A DNA stretch of 64,000 nucleotides from Chrysomallon squamiferum (Eukaryota > Animalia > Mollusca). Position numbers and translations under genes: made by a program. The stretch covers positions 11,532,001 through 11,596,000 of the forward strand of contig CM022665.1 in the NCBI GenBank assembly GCA_012295275.1. Direction: 5' to 3'. Below, piece after piece: positions 1-13,833 of the stretch. Every line of letters starts with the position of its first letter. Within the stretch, counting starts at the first letter, position 1. The notes beneath the pieces were generated by a model that searched no databases, was not told the origin of the DNA, and worked only from the letters and a program-made list of their open reading frames with translations.

Positions 1-1275
1 GCCAACTTCAAAGACACGTTTAGGGTTAACCATGACCTTTTTACGAACATGGCTCATTGGAGATCTGACTGTCTTTGACAAAGTTAGCAAAGAAGATGTG
101 TAAGGACTTGTCAATGCTGGGTCAAAAAATGCACTAGGGAATGTGAATCCACAATGGTCTCCTAGCAATGGTGGCAGAAATTCTTGCCAGGTTTTGGCTG
201 AGGTATGAGGAATGATAAACTCATCTACATCATGTATTGCCAGGAATGACAACATTGTCATAGACCTGTATAAACAGTCATTGTGAGCTAGAAGCTGGCC
301 ATGGTACCAGATGGTTTTGTCTGTCACTTTGGCTGGCAGAGCCCAAGGAATGACTTTAGTTATGTTTTTGTATTTGTAATAGTTTAGCACCGATTCCATC
401 TCTGGAGAGATGTTGTGGTTGTAAAAATAAAAGTATTGAGCTCCTAGAAGTTGAGACAGTTCAATAAATTCAACTAAGATGTCTTGTTTCAGACTACCAA
501 ACAGTGGTGGAATGCAGATTCCAAACTGATGTCTTGGTGGACCCTCAGGTCCTTTGATTATTGAAATGTCAGTCCTTTGGTTTTCAGAAGAGGTTGAAAC
601 AGAAAAAGGACAAGGATTCTGAAAATTGGATGTTTTGCAAGAAAATATGTAACCACCAAACATTTTATTATGGTTCTCACACATTTCATACAGAACAGCT
701 TTTTCCATGCTATATGAAGATGTACCAGTTCTGAAATGGCAGAACAAAGAAATCTTGTTCTTTTTGTCCTTGGCCATGAGAACTATTATACGAATGTAGT
801 GGTCATTTTTCCTGTTATCGAAATATGCTGAGTAAACAAAAACATCTGGGGCAATGCTGATAAATTTGTTATCTTTTACGTCCATGGGATCTTTGAAGCA
901 AGTAGAATTGATGTTCACATTGTCTTCAAGAACCTTATTATCAGAAGTTTTGTTTATGCTGGACTGTTGTGGCTTCTGAATAATCATTTCTCCTCTGATG
1001 TGGGCAACCTCATCCTCCAGCTTGGAAATTTTCCTAGCCAAGTCCTTGATGTTATTATAGTGCTCCACCCAGCCTTTCAAGTCTTCAATGCTGGTGTTCA
1101 GAATCAGCTCTTTTCTTATGAGTTCTTCTGGTGTTGTTTTCTGATGCTCGACTTCCACTGTAGTTCCTCTGTACAGCTGATTGTGGAAGATTAGCACCAT
1201 GGAAATGTACAGACCACACAGAAGAAAAAGAAAACGACTGAATGAAACAGATCGAAAACAAGATCGTTTGGACAT
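1..1275 (-). CDS. Glycosyltransferase family 92 (DUF23) protein, beta-1,4-galactosyltransferase GALT-1-like, type II membrane protein; 3' end lies beyond the window
   Basis: Manual translation of the reverse complement from ATG at 1275 gives 425 codons with no stop: MSKRSCFRSVSFSRFLFLLCGLYISMVLIFHNQ (short cytosolic tail + TM anchor), a helical stem, then VFVYSAYFDNR, YEMCENHNKMFGGYIFSC, FGICIPPLFG, LVEFIELSQLLGAQYFYFY, IWYHGQLLAHNDCLYR, HDVDEFIIP (DxD motif) and RKKVMVNPKRVFEVG, all typical GT92 motifs. Confidence 0.9.
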   Translation of the reverse strand, partial: MSKRSCFRSVSFSRFLFLLCGLYISMVLIFHNQLYRGTTVEVEHQKTTPEELIRKELILNTSIEDLKGWVEHYNNIKDLARKISKLEDEVAHIRGEMIIQKPQQSSINKTSDNKVLEDNVNINSTCFKDPMDVKDNKFISIAPDVFVYSAYFDNRKNDHYIRIIVLMAKDKKNKISLFCHFRTGTSSYSMEKAVLYEMCENHNKMFGGYIFSCKTSNFQNPCPFSVSTSSENQRTDISIIKGPEGPPRHQFGICIPPLFGSLKQDILVEFIELSQLLGAQYFYFYNHNISPEMESVLNYYKYKNITKVIPWALPAKVTDKTIWYHGQLLAHNDCLYRSMTMLSFLAIHDVDEFIIPHTSAKTWQEFLPPLLGDHCGFTFPSAFFDPALTSPYTSSLLTLSKTVRSPMSHVRKKVMVNPKRVFEVG

Positions 1276-1547
1276 GGTATAACTTTGGTGTTTTGCTACA
1301 CTGTTGAAAACTCAGTTTTAAATTTGTTTATACCTTTAGCACTATTTATTTATTATTTTAACTTTTTTCTTTCCATTTAATTAGTTACTGTAGTTGGTTT
1401 TAAATATCTTGTTATATCAAGATGTACATATTTTCAAGATAGTTTTTTAGTTTTTTCTGAGAAAGCCAAGAGGTGATATCATAATGGTACAATTTCAGAA
1501 AGTTGAAGGTTTCTTAATGCAGCATGACATCAATGTATCCATACAAC
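1276..1547 (-). other. 5'UTR part of the GT92 coding exon, with 3' splice acceptor at 1548-1549
   Basis: Minus strand reads ttattttttgcag|gttgtatgg: pyrimidine tract + CAG, 272 nt upstream of the ATG; sequence beyond is AT-rich and intron-like. Confidence 0.6.
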
Positions 1548-2029
1548 CTGCAAAAAATAAATGTAAAAATGATGATAATTACAATGTATGAATAATGTAA
1601 TTAAATAAATAAAATAATAAAATAAATAAATAAAAACTTTTCCTGCAATTAAAGTAAAAACAAAAAAAAAAAAAAAAAAAATTATTTAATATTTTTGAGT
1701 AAACAAAATACAAGTACTCAAATCTAAATAAATAAAAAAGAGGAAGAAATAAATACACACTACAAACACCTTGCAGAAAATAAGATTAAATAAAACATAA
1801 TAGTAAGATTCCAGTATATAAAATTCATAACGAAATAACTACTATTTTACCATTAAAGAAACTCCTTATAACATATGAAGGAAAGTTTTCAGGTCAAACA
1901 ACAAACTTCAACATTTAGACAATTTAAACACAGCAGCATAGTTGCAGAATATTTAACACAGAAGTGACAAATTCAAAAATAAATTTCCTTATTTATCAGT
2001 TAGTCTATTAATTTGTTACCATTGACAAG

Positions 2030-2110
2030 TCTGTATAAAATATACTTTGTTGCTAATCAGTAATAAGCATCCCGTGGAGTAAATGAGGTAGGTTTCCTTT
2101 CTTGATTACA
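2030..2110 (+). mobile_element. Degenerate SINE body fragment
   Basis: ttgttgctaatcag...gtaggtttcctttc resembles, from recall, the central domain of mollusc tRNA-derived SINEs (cccttgctgctaatc...gcgggtttcctctc); heavily decayed. Confidence 0.3.
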
Positions 2111-2441
2111 CATAATACAAACCTCAGCTGATGTCAGTACTCATAGATTAGTTCTGTTTTGATGAGTTAATATTTATTTAATGATAATCACTGAACACTT
2201 ATATTACAGCTGTATTCAAATTTTATCAGTATAATGTGTTTTTTCTGTCAACTGTTGTTGTTCTTCTAATACATATATAGTTATGATTTGGTCTGAGAAA
2301 ATTCTCATGTTCTAGCAAGAGCATGGCATTGCTAAGCATATACTTTCTGGGAACACAATACAGATACCTATGATGTTTAACTGTGACAGTGATAAAGGGT
2401 TATTTAATAATATGAACAATTACAATTCATATACATGGACG

Positions 2442-2565
2442 TCTAAATACAGATAATATATTTCTAAATACAATTAATGTATTTCTAAATAACGTTAACA
2501 AATGTTTAATTACAATTAATATATTTCTAATTACAATTAATGCATTTCTAAATACAATTCAGATA
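2442..2565. repeat. ~21-bp minisatellite (atttctaaatacaattaatgt), about 5-6 degenerate copies
   Basis: tttctaaatacaatt / tttctaattacaatt recurs at ~21-bp spacing. Confidence 0.7.
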
Positions 2566-5500
2566 TTTGTACTTTTCCAAGTACAGAAGAGAATGTATCA
2601 CAGCGTTAAGGAACTCAGGCTGGACTAGGAAGATAGCCTAAACCACAGAATGGCGAAGAATGTTCTTTCAAACCACCACACATCATGCTAACAGAATACA
2701 ACTAAGTTTCAGTCTTCTTTTGGCTCTTTCTGTTATTATGTATCTTTTACTTTTTCTCATGGTAACATAATCATCTTTTTTTTCATCAGTTACTTTATAA
2801 TCATATTTTATTCAGCCACATTATTTATATTCACATTTTTTAATGCACATTGCAGTCAAACACCTCATTCCTTCTCTTGCAGTAACTTAACCATACCAGT
2901 CTTTCCTTTGGGAAAAACCCACACATATATACTGCTATATATCTGATTTCTATCTGGCTACTCACCTTTCTCAAGTCAATGGCTGCACACAGTTCAGTCT
3001 ATTGTTATATATATTCATATACATAAATAAGGCCTTAAAGAGTGGTTGCTATAATGTTACTGAAAAGGATATTTTACGCAGCAGGAAGAAGTTTTCTCTG
3101 GGGTTTTTTTTTGCTATCTTTTTCTTTTTTTTTAATGTTTTGGATTACAGGTCTTGAATACAAAAATTAAAACCTTTTTGTCAGTTTTCAAAAGTTTTAT
3201 ATTTCAGAGCTAACACCCCTGTTTTACATTTCAAATTTATTTTTAGATAGATATCCATATAGACAGATAAATGTTATTTAAAAAGACAATTTTAAAAAAG
3301 AATATTATCTTTTAAATGCAGCTTCTCTTAAACACAAAGGAAAAATTGCTAATCACTGAAGCATGCAGCCTCTGTAAGGCATTTCTTTTGACTATTAATT
3401 TTGTCCAGTGATGCACAAACTTGCAAAATGCATAGGAAGCTTACTTTCTGCTAACCTCTTTCACCCAGTTTTATGTATATGGGGAATTAATGCTTGTTTG
3501 TGAATCATGGACAAAACACTAGATATGTGGACCAAAGAAATTTATTTGCTGTTATTGTAGAATATGTTGTTATTTGTGTCCCTTGGTATATAATGTGAAG
3601 GATTTCAATCTGCAATGAAAATTTCTGTTTCTCTGTAAAACTGTTTTCCTGGACACATTGTTGCATTGTATTGTAGAAATTTCAAATATCAACCAACCAG
3701 ATTTTTAAAAAAAATGTCATAATATATAAATATAAATCTCTCTCTTTCTCTCGCTATATATAAAACATAATAAAAAATAATTTGTTTCAGAAATTAATTT
3801 TACTTTTCCTGTTTGAATTTACAGAAATATTATTTTGTAGTAAAAATTCAGATGAAACTGCTTTCTGGGATGTATAATTTTGAGATCCCAATAAAACAAA
3901 TTTGTAAAATATTATTTTCTGAAAAATATCAATTTCTTTTCCTTATCAAGATTGTAAATACATTATTTTGTAGAGAAATGTCAGACATTACCCAAACAGT
4001 TTGTTAAACAATTACAAATCAAATATTTGTCATCATGCATTTTCCTTTTTCTTTTAAGAATTCATATCATTTTGTTTTAAATTTACAAAATTTGTCTTTC
4101 TTTTTATATCTATTTTCTTGTATTTTTTCTTATTAAATTTTTATACATTTTTTCTTTGTTCATATGTTTTGAATATAAAAAAAGGTTTTCACATTTTACA
4201 TTTGTTTATTCATTTCCAATTTAAAATTTTATAAATATTTATAGTTTCTTAATTCTATTTGTTCATTTCATGCTCTTTAGTACTTCTGATTTTATTTTGT
4301 ATCCAATTCCAATAATTTTTAAATCTGATTAATATTTTTATTTTCTTCATCTGTATGTTCATTTTTGTATTATTTTTATTTTAGATTTCACAACTTTGTA
4401 TTAATTTCAAATAATTTTAAATCTACATTAATATTATTAGGTTCCTCTTCCCCTATATTTAAAATTTTTGTTATACTTTGACAACTTCTGTTGACTTCCA
4501 TTAATCTTTAAATATATTTTAATTATTTACATTCAAACTGACACTTCACAATAAATTATCTTATCAGTGGATGTTTTTACCAGATGTTGTTTTATTTGTT
4601 TTTTTTATATCACTTCTGTTTTTTGTTTTTTAATTAATACCCCTGTGCATTTACAGTACAAAACTTTAAAATAAAATATTGCTCACTGACGCATTTTAAT
4701 TTTTGAATGTTATTGTCATTGTAAGTCATTAGTTTTTGTGTTTCAAGCTTAATACACATTGTAATTATTATTATTTTATTATATGATATTGATATTTTAT
4801 TTAAAAAAAAAAAAAAAAATTCATACCAATTTTTATACCAATTCAGAGTTTAATATTAGATAAAAAATGTCCATTCATCTATTTAATATTTTCAGTGTAA
4901 TATTTGTTTGTTATACAATGTCTTTAAAACAAACCTACATGTTATTATTCAGATAAATTTCTTTGAAATTAAATAATTTTATCATAATTTATTGTTTTCA
5001 TTATATTTACATTTTGGGAGAGTGGAACATATGTAATAGCTTTATAATCACTTCATATTTAAAAATTTTAAGAATTACCTTGATCAATCACCAGATCAAT
5101 ATCTTGCTCTGTATCTTATTAACTATTTCCTATTCCAACCAATAGTCCATACCTGACAGATCTAATATTTTGGTATACATTTACCTGACTTTGCACATAT
5201 CTTTTATAAAGAGCAGACTCTAGAGTTTTTGGTATATATTTCTGTCAGATATAGAATGAGCAACATAAAATGGGGGGGGGGAATCTATTAAAACCTAATA
5301 ACTATTAATATTAAACCATATTGACATATTCTTAAACAAATATTTATTTATGTTTTCCTATTATTAAGCAATATATAATAAAATGAACTTATCATGTTTA
5401 CTTTTTTTCCTATATTTTCTGTTATTTAATACTTTCTATGCAAAATCATGTAAACAGAATTTCATCTGAAAACACCATACTGAATGTACATGATTATTAT

Positions 5501-6373
5501 CATTTGTTGTTCCCAGTGCAAAAACAACTTTTGTAAATAAAAATATGATTAGTTATAAAATTTTGAATTAAAGCTTTATTTATTTAGTATGTTTTTGGTG
5601 TTTTTTCATTCACAATATTTGAAGTTATTACCTTTGGCATTAAACCAAGAAAAAAAATCAGATGGGTTTTTGTGTTAATTTTGGGGGGGGGTTGGGAGGC
5701 TGGTCCAGTATAAAAATTATATTTAAAATAATAATAATAATAATAATAATAGATATATAAATGATAATAAAACAATTTTTAAAATAAAATAAAAAAAAAA
5801 AAAAAAAAAAAAAAAAAATGATGTTAATAAATAAAGCAAATTTAAAAAAAATTGGTGATAAAAAAGATTATAATAAATAATAAATAAAACATTAAAAAGT
5901 TCATTATAAAAGATAATAACATATAATATATAACAAGAATAAACAAAATGTCATTCAAAATAAATTTGATTTAAAAACATTATTGTAACTGAAACTAATT
6001 TTAAAAACAGATGATTTACCAAACAAATTATTTTATTCATATTTAAATAATATCATTAATAAAGTATCTGCTTAACAACATTAGAATGTATAATTAAATG
6101 AATGAATAAATAAATGTATGAATGTTTAGCAAAATTTCACATAAATACATCTGTGTTTCAGAGTTAATTAAGAAAATAATTTAAAATTTATTCCCACACT
6201 GAAGGTCAAATTCTTTATGAATAATTATACTCACAAAATTTAGTTGCAGTAACTCTTATTTTATAGTATCTCAGAAAGATGAAAGCTATACAAAAATTAT
6301 TTTACTGTTAAATAAACACCAAAACCTCTCTACCAGTTTGTGCTCATGCCCCATGTATGTGCATGAATGCATG

Positions 6374-6374
<1 letters not shown>

Positions 6375-6427
<53 letters not shown>
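6375..6427. repeat. (CA)n microsatellite
   Basis: Perfect AC run. Confidence 0.97.
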
Positions 6428-6428
<1 letters not shown>

Positions 6429-9400
6429 CCAGATGCAGCCACTTAAGCAATATCTGTCATGTCCTTACTGCCTTGAAGTACTTGCACATATACTCAGTGA
6501 AACTTGGAAAAATAAAAACCAGCTTTGTCTGTATATGTGTCACTACATCTAGGCATTATCATCTGCAGGGCTCTATTATTGTCAAATAGTCATGGTTCAC
6601 TACATTCTGTTTTTAAGAAGCCCATCACTTTTTCATGTTTCTGTATTATCCCATCACTAGTTTTCATTTTTATTTATTATTATTTATTTTTCAAAAATTA
6701 TTTTTGCCCCTCAGTTTGTCTGTCAGTACCTTTCATTTAAAATATACATATTGCACTCCATTCTGAATTAGATACATCTTATATTACATTATAATCATTA
6801 AAAATTATATTATTTTTATTAATTTTTGAATATCTCATGATTTCAGACTCCATTATGAATTGAGATAATGTTTTCAATTATGCTACAATCATTAAAATGT
6901 ATTGATCAATATGATTTTTATTCATTTTTAAATATCTTACAAGTGCCTACTCCATTATGAATTAGATACTATCTATGCTTACATTACAGTCATAAAAATG
7001 TATTCTTCATTATAATTTTTTATTAATATTTTAATCCATCATGAATGCTTAATGAGATGAAAGAGAAAACTCTCTGTTGTTATTTCATGAATTTCTCTAA
7101 TTAATTGGAAAGGAATATGAAGTAGTAAACCCAATTTATCTGTTTATGGGTTACTCTTTTTATTTAACAACATATACTTTCTCTTGTGTGTAATAACAAT
7201 AATAATATAAATGAAAAGAAGAAGAGAAAGAATATAATAATGATTATAATGTTAAGGTAATGATGATGATGATGATGATGGTGATGGTAACAGTAAAAAC
7301 AACATAAATAATAATAAAATCAAGAACAGTGTTAAAATAAGAAAATAACATTAATAATAATAAGAAGAAATATTAATGAAAATAATAACATTAATAACAA
7401 CAATGATAACAGCAGCAGCAGCCTCAACAGCATCCACAAGAATATTTTAGAAACTTGTAACAATATACAGTTTGCTACAAAAAATATCATCTCTACCTCA
7501 TATCACCTGATTTCCTATCACTTGTTTTCTAACAGCTTCTAAATCTCAACTCATTCATTTGTCCTCCTACAAAATTCACCTGCCTTGACTATTGTTTCTG
7601 TCCCTAAAACAAACTGACAATATTTGACAGCAAAGTTTGGCCTTTCAGTCAGTTTGTTTTAAGATCAACTCTGCCTGTGGAGACCAGATTCTTTAGAATG
7701 TTCATGGCTGTGCATTCACGAACAAACAAATAAAACCAGTGATCAACGAAGGTGAAGTCAGTGACTTAAATTTAAATGGGTTTTTTGTTTTGGCAGCCAT
7801 TAAATTTTTTTTGAGATTATTGGGTTTCGGGTTTTTTTTTTAAATTTTTCTCTTAAGATACAGTGATTTATTGATGCTGATATTGTAAGAGTTCTTTTAT
7901 GATTTGTGCTTACATAGAAATTGTCATATTATCGCAGCTTTTCTTTGATGATGATTACTCATTTCACAAAGAAAGAAATGAAGAAATAAAAAATATATGT
8001 TTGAATCAATGAACAAATGGAATAAATAAATAATAAAAAATAACAAAACAAAATTTAAAAAATAATCATGAAATGTATGTTTATATAAATAAAATTTTAC
8101 TACATTTTACAACTTTACAAAAACAACGAATAAAATGTTTAAAAAGCAACAACAACAACAAAAGATGAATATATTGATGAATGCATGGATGGGTGGATAG
8201 AAAACTGAATATATCTGGATTTAAGAAAATGGAATTTAAAAAGAGTTAACGTTTAAAATTTGATTTCTTTATGTGTGAATATTTTGATATGAAAATCAAC
8301 ATGCTAAAATTAATATATTTAATATTCAAATAATTTAACCTGTTTTTAATGAAAGAAAATAAATAATGATAATATAAAAATGTTCGATAATTAGTCAGCT
8401 ACGATTATTTTCAGGCTATAAAAATTGATGCTCATGTTATTTCAAAAAAATATTTAATGGACGTAATAAAATTATAATTTTTTTTATAATTACCATTTGA
8501 TAATTAGGCTGTTACAATTAATTTCAGGCTAAAAAAAAAAAAAAAAAAAAAAGAAAAATAGGAAGAAAGAAATTTCAATAAATAATACATAAACAGTCAA
8601 ATATTTCACCTCAAATTTCTCATATAATATTCAGTGACATTTAGAAACATCCACTGAGGTATTAAATTAAAAACAAACCATTAATAATTCATTGAACATA
8701 AAAAGCAACAGTATAAAATGTATATATATATGTATGTAACACTATACACATATCTGCAAAATCTGTATGCAGATAAAACAAGATGTTTTCAATGCGATTG
8801 TCACTGGGTTTTTTTTTTTTTTTAAATGGTGGTCATTTTTTTTTATTATTAATTTATAGAAATGTTTATTATAATTAATTATTGAGGGTTTTCAGGATTA
8901 TATAATACTTTTTCTGAGATATTCAAGTTTTAGAAGTACATTTATTATTTAAAAACCACAGCTAATTTCATGACAATATGTTAAATATGGAAAAAGAATT
9001 GATTGACTGTACATCAAAATGATAATTTTGTACTGCTTACATTTTAAAATACTTCAACTTCTTGTTTAGATCATTATACTGTATTGAAGCTGAATGTCTA
9101 ACAAAATATACCACATAATAAATTAATATAAATTTTATTTTTCCAATGGGAATAATAATAATTTCTGTTTCTGTTTCCAAGGGAAGAAAAAAAAAATTCA
9201 GAAGTACTAACAAAATATGTATTTTCTGAGTCTCTTGCTTTAGGCAAGTTCACTGAGCACAAGACAACAGGTTTTAATGACAGTTCCTCTATCTGGTAAT
9301 TATCTCACATACAACTGAAGATTACTGCCTGCCAGTCTTTGAGTAATCTATTAATGGAATTATGAAGTATGTATGTCTTGTTAGGCACTTTACTAGATTA

Positions 9401-9453
9401 GGCTGTATATCCAAGATATTCAATAAATTGTTAGAGATACTCTCTCTCTCTTT

Positions 9454-9456
<3 letters not shown>

Positions 9457-9526
<70 letters not shown>
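9457..9526. repeat. (CA)n microsatellite
   Basis: Perfect CA run. Confidence 0.97.
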
Positions 9527-9527
<1 letters not shown>

Positions 9528-11603
9528 GCCTACACACATACACACATTTACAAAGAAGCATACATTGGTATATAAATACACATTCACACACATAAATAAT
9601 ACATGTACTATGTTTACCAATTTTTATAATGTACATATTACAGCTATCCAGACCATAACAAAAGATTCTGATCTATTTTGACTAACATTCTTTCCATAAA
9701 ATGCCTTGGAAATGCTTTAAAGAAATATTACAATGACATTTTGCTGTTTTATTGATTGGACATTTTACCTCGACTAGTATCATGGAATGGGATGCTTATT
9801 GGAACATGGCAGTTGCCTCAGACAATGGAATAAAAGCTCAAACTGAGCAACTGCTCAAGCACTGTACATCAACTGAATAGAAAGCTTTAGAAGTTACAGT
9901 GAAATTTGTGTGTAGGTTGCATTGGAGAAATATTTGTAGATGTGTGTTTGGGAAATAAAGATAATATATAATTATGGAAAGGCAGAAGAAGAGAAAGAAA
10001 AATAAAAATGGAGAAAGAGTGAAAATGAGAGTGTGATAGAAAGAGAGAGAGAGATTAATAAAGACCAAGAATAAATAATAGACATGAGAGATGTAATAAA
10101 AAAAAAGGGAAAAAGAAAGCATGCAAAAGATAGAAAAAATATGTGGGAGAATAAGAGAAAAATAGAAAAATAAATACATTATAGAAGAAAAAAAAAAAGA
10201 AAAAAATAATCCCATCTTTCATCTTAACATAATTTCAACTTATTCAAATATATATAAAGATAAATACATTACAGAAGAAAGAAAAAAATCATTCTTTCAT
10301 TTATCTTAACATAATTTCAACTTATTCAGATGTACATGAATGTATAAACAGCCAGATCAACTAGTGACAGACAGCTGTGCAGACATGCAGGTGGGGAAGT
10401 TGACAGATGTGCTGATGGCCGGGTATAAGGTGGGAGATATGGCCAGGTGAGCATGGAGGCTGACAGGTAAATATAAGGAGTGAAAAAGAAACTCTGCCAA
10501 CCCACCCATAACCCCCATCCAAAAGACAGTTATTTTTTTTTAAATGTAAAAACTGAAAAAACAGAATGAAATGGAGTTCAGCTTAAACTGTAGCTGTGTT
10601 GGTATGATTAAATAATCTAATATAATTATTTAAATTGCCAAATTATTATTTTATTGTTTTGGGTAACCTACCATCACAAAGTGACTCTATTTTACCTCTT
10701 CACAACTGAAGTCATCACATACATTATAGTCATTTTTATTATTTTTTGTAAAACTAGAAAACACTACAGCAAATTGAACTCACCTGTACTCACTGACATC
10801 ACATTTTCAGAAATATTAAAATATAACCTAAAAGTAACCAGAATATATTTTGACTTTTTCTTTACATTATCAAAAGTACACTTAAACAGAAGGTGAGAAG
10901 AATAATAGCAACACAAGTAAAATTATTAACAAAACTAAAAAACTGCCTTGGGCTTTCTTCTACACTTCACTGTACTTCATCAGTGTTACTGAATAAGAGG
11001 AACATTCAACCTGTTCCCTGACTCCTTCAAGTGTAAAATGATGCATGAGTACACATGAACAGCTAATAACTAAACTGCTAGGTGATATTCAGAACAGGTT
11101 TATTAGAAGAAAAAAAAAATGGTGATCAACTGTTGCTATTTTAATCTGAATTTATTAAAAAAATTAAATTATTAATGATGCTTCAGCATATTTTAATATT
11201 GTATATTGATTATACAAATGATAATATGTATTAGGTAATTAAGAAAACAACAACTGAAAACTGATTATTAAACTTACTGAAAGTGATACATGAATGAAAA
11301 ATGTTAAAGAGTGAAAAAAAAAAAAAAAAAATGACATGAATGTTTAAAATTAATAAAAACTTAATTAATAATGGTACATGATTTAATATATTTATTTTAT
11401 TTTAGTTTTTTTAATTCAGTACAAAAGTATTTCTATGAAACAGCAGAACAGTGTTTGTTCAGTTGCAATGTCTGTGGTTATAACTAAAATCTGTACAATT
11501 AGTTTTCAACATACCATTGTTACTGCAATTGTTTTCAGAGTTCCATATCAAACATTAAATATAATCAGTTTTCAATGTGTAAGTAGGTATGTGCATGTGT
11601 GTT

Positions 11604-11644
<41 letters not shown>

Positions 11645-12504
11645 GTATAAAGTTTTATAAGCATTTGAAATACCAAAATTTAAGTGAAAATTTATTGTTA
11701 CATCTGACAATTAATTTTATCTTGTTCATTATTTACTTCTTCCTCCATTCAGAGAGTGAAGTTTTGATATCTAACACAAAGATTTATACCTGGATGTTTT
11801 ATTGACTGGGTGTTTTATGTATTGGATTTTTTATATTAATTGATTTTTAAAAAAGAATTTATGAATTGGATCTTTTATGGACTGGGTATTCTATGGATTT
11901 ATTCCAACTGTCATGAATACATTATGTATTTTTTTTTTTTTTTTTGGTTCATAATAAGAACACAATAAGCATTAAATAGCTATAGGTTATTGAATTATAG
12001 ATTTTGTTCTAACCAATATGCTCATTTGCATTTTTAAATTATTATCACTACTTACCTGTGACTGCTTTACCAAAGTATGTGGTGTAAGAAAGTGTGCATA
12101 AAAGATCCATATTAAAAAATAGAAAAGAAGACAGAAAAATTCACACCACAATCTATCATAATCCACAACTGTAGTAACAAAAAACAGCATTACACTTAGT
12201 TTTAAGAAAATGAATAAATAAAGCCTTATTTTATCTAAAAAAAATTAAAACAGAGGATGTAAATATCTCTTATTATGACAGCCTGACTTTTCCTTCCTGG
12301 ATTTTTCTTAGTGCAGTGGTAAACAGAACAGATATTAAAGATTATGGCATGCTAATCTTGTTTTCACGGGTTTTGTGCTTGCATTCAAAGATAAGGCAGT
12401 ATACTAATAATCAGTTTATTGATTTCTTTTTAAAACAGAATAGAAAGTCAGGTCAACTGGTTCAGATTTTTGGGTTGGGGTGGAGTCATGTGATTATAGC
12501 AGCT

Positions 12505-12775
12505 TTTATACTGAAACCACTTTTTCATTTAAATCAATGCACCACAGCTGTATTTAGACCAGTGCACTACACCACAACTCATTGACTGTTAATTTAACCC
12601 AGTGTACTATTTAACAATTTTTTCATTTTAATGAATGCACCATGGTTGTATACAGACCAATGAACCACAAATGTACTCATTTACTATTTATTTAAAGTGC
12701 ATCACTAAACCATTTTTTCATTTAAACCAACACACCATTGTTGTGTAAAGACCAATGCATCACAATATCATTTAT
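12505..12775. repeat. Degenerate tandem triplication, unit ~100 bp
   Basis: tttttcattt(a/t)aa...caccac/cacca..gtat..agacca(g/a)tg recurs at ~12520, ~12618 and ~12713. Confidence 0.7.
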
Positions 12776-13790
12776 CTACCAAATATGACTGGGTCAGAAG
12801 TTTAGAAAGTAGTTTAAAGAGTGCAGTTTTAATGGGATACATTTTAGGCAAAATTTGTTTGTTTGTTTGCTTGCTTTCATACTCATGTCTAGTGAAAGAT
12901 CAACAATATTATAACAGAAACTAAATAATGTAATATGAGATTACAGAAACTTAAGTCAGTGATGCATTCTTCATGCTGAATACTTATGAAAACCTTCCCT
13001 TATTAATTTTTTATTATTACCGATAGCATTGTTGTAATCATTACTACAATTATTATTACTGTTGTTGTTATTGTTGTTTAAACATCTTTTCATGTAGCAA
13101 GTATAAAACAAACCTGTACTTCCACAGTACAAATTCAAAAAGAAGAAAACAAAAAAAGGAAAGAAAGAATAAAAACCTTCTAAATAAATAAAACAATTAA
13201 CAGACTAAATAATTAAGTATGCAGTTTAACTGAAGATATGTAAATGCCAGTTATAATTATATTATTGTGTAGTAGTAAATAATATAGATAAAAATCAAAT
13301 AAATAACAAACAACATAGATTTATAAATAAGCAAATAAATAAATAAATAAAAAGAAAAAAAACAAATAACAGTAATAACCATAAAAACAATTACCTTGAC
13401 AAATCACTGAAAACATCTACAGTTCATTATTCGCCTTGTTTTAAACTGTGACTACCCACTCTGTCTACATCTTAATGACTCTCCAGCTCTTTCTGTCTCT
13501 TTGCTTGTATATATCATTCTATGTGTGACACTTGGATTTCACTCACCTGCGACAGTCCATTTACACTCACCTGCAACTCTCAGGTTTTCACTCACCTCTA
13601 TTCTGTTTATTCAGAATACACTTTAACATGAATGGCCCGTTCACCGGGCAGAGGGCTGGCTTTCTCAATTATGACTGACATTTAAAAAAAAAAAAAAATG
13701 ACAGAACATACACATGCCCCAACTCACACACACACAACATGGAAAAAGATAAAATAACATACACAAATACATATACATACAAACATTTAC

Positions 13791-13833
<43 letters not shown>

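Noticed and set aside
19-28. ttagggtt telomere-like motif
   Set aside because: Single unit inside the GT92 coding sequence.
967-1194. 75-aa plus-strand ORF
   Set aside because: Antisense shadow of the GT92 coding sequence.
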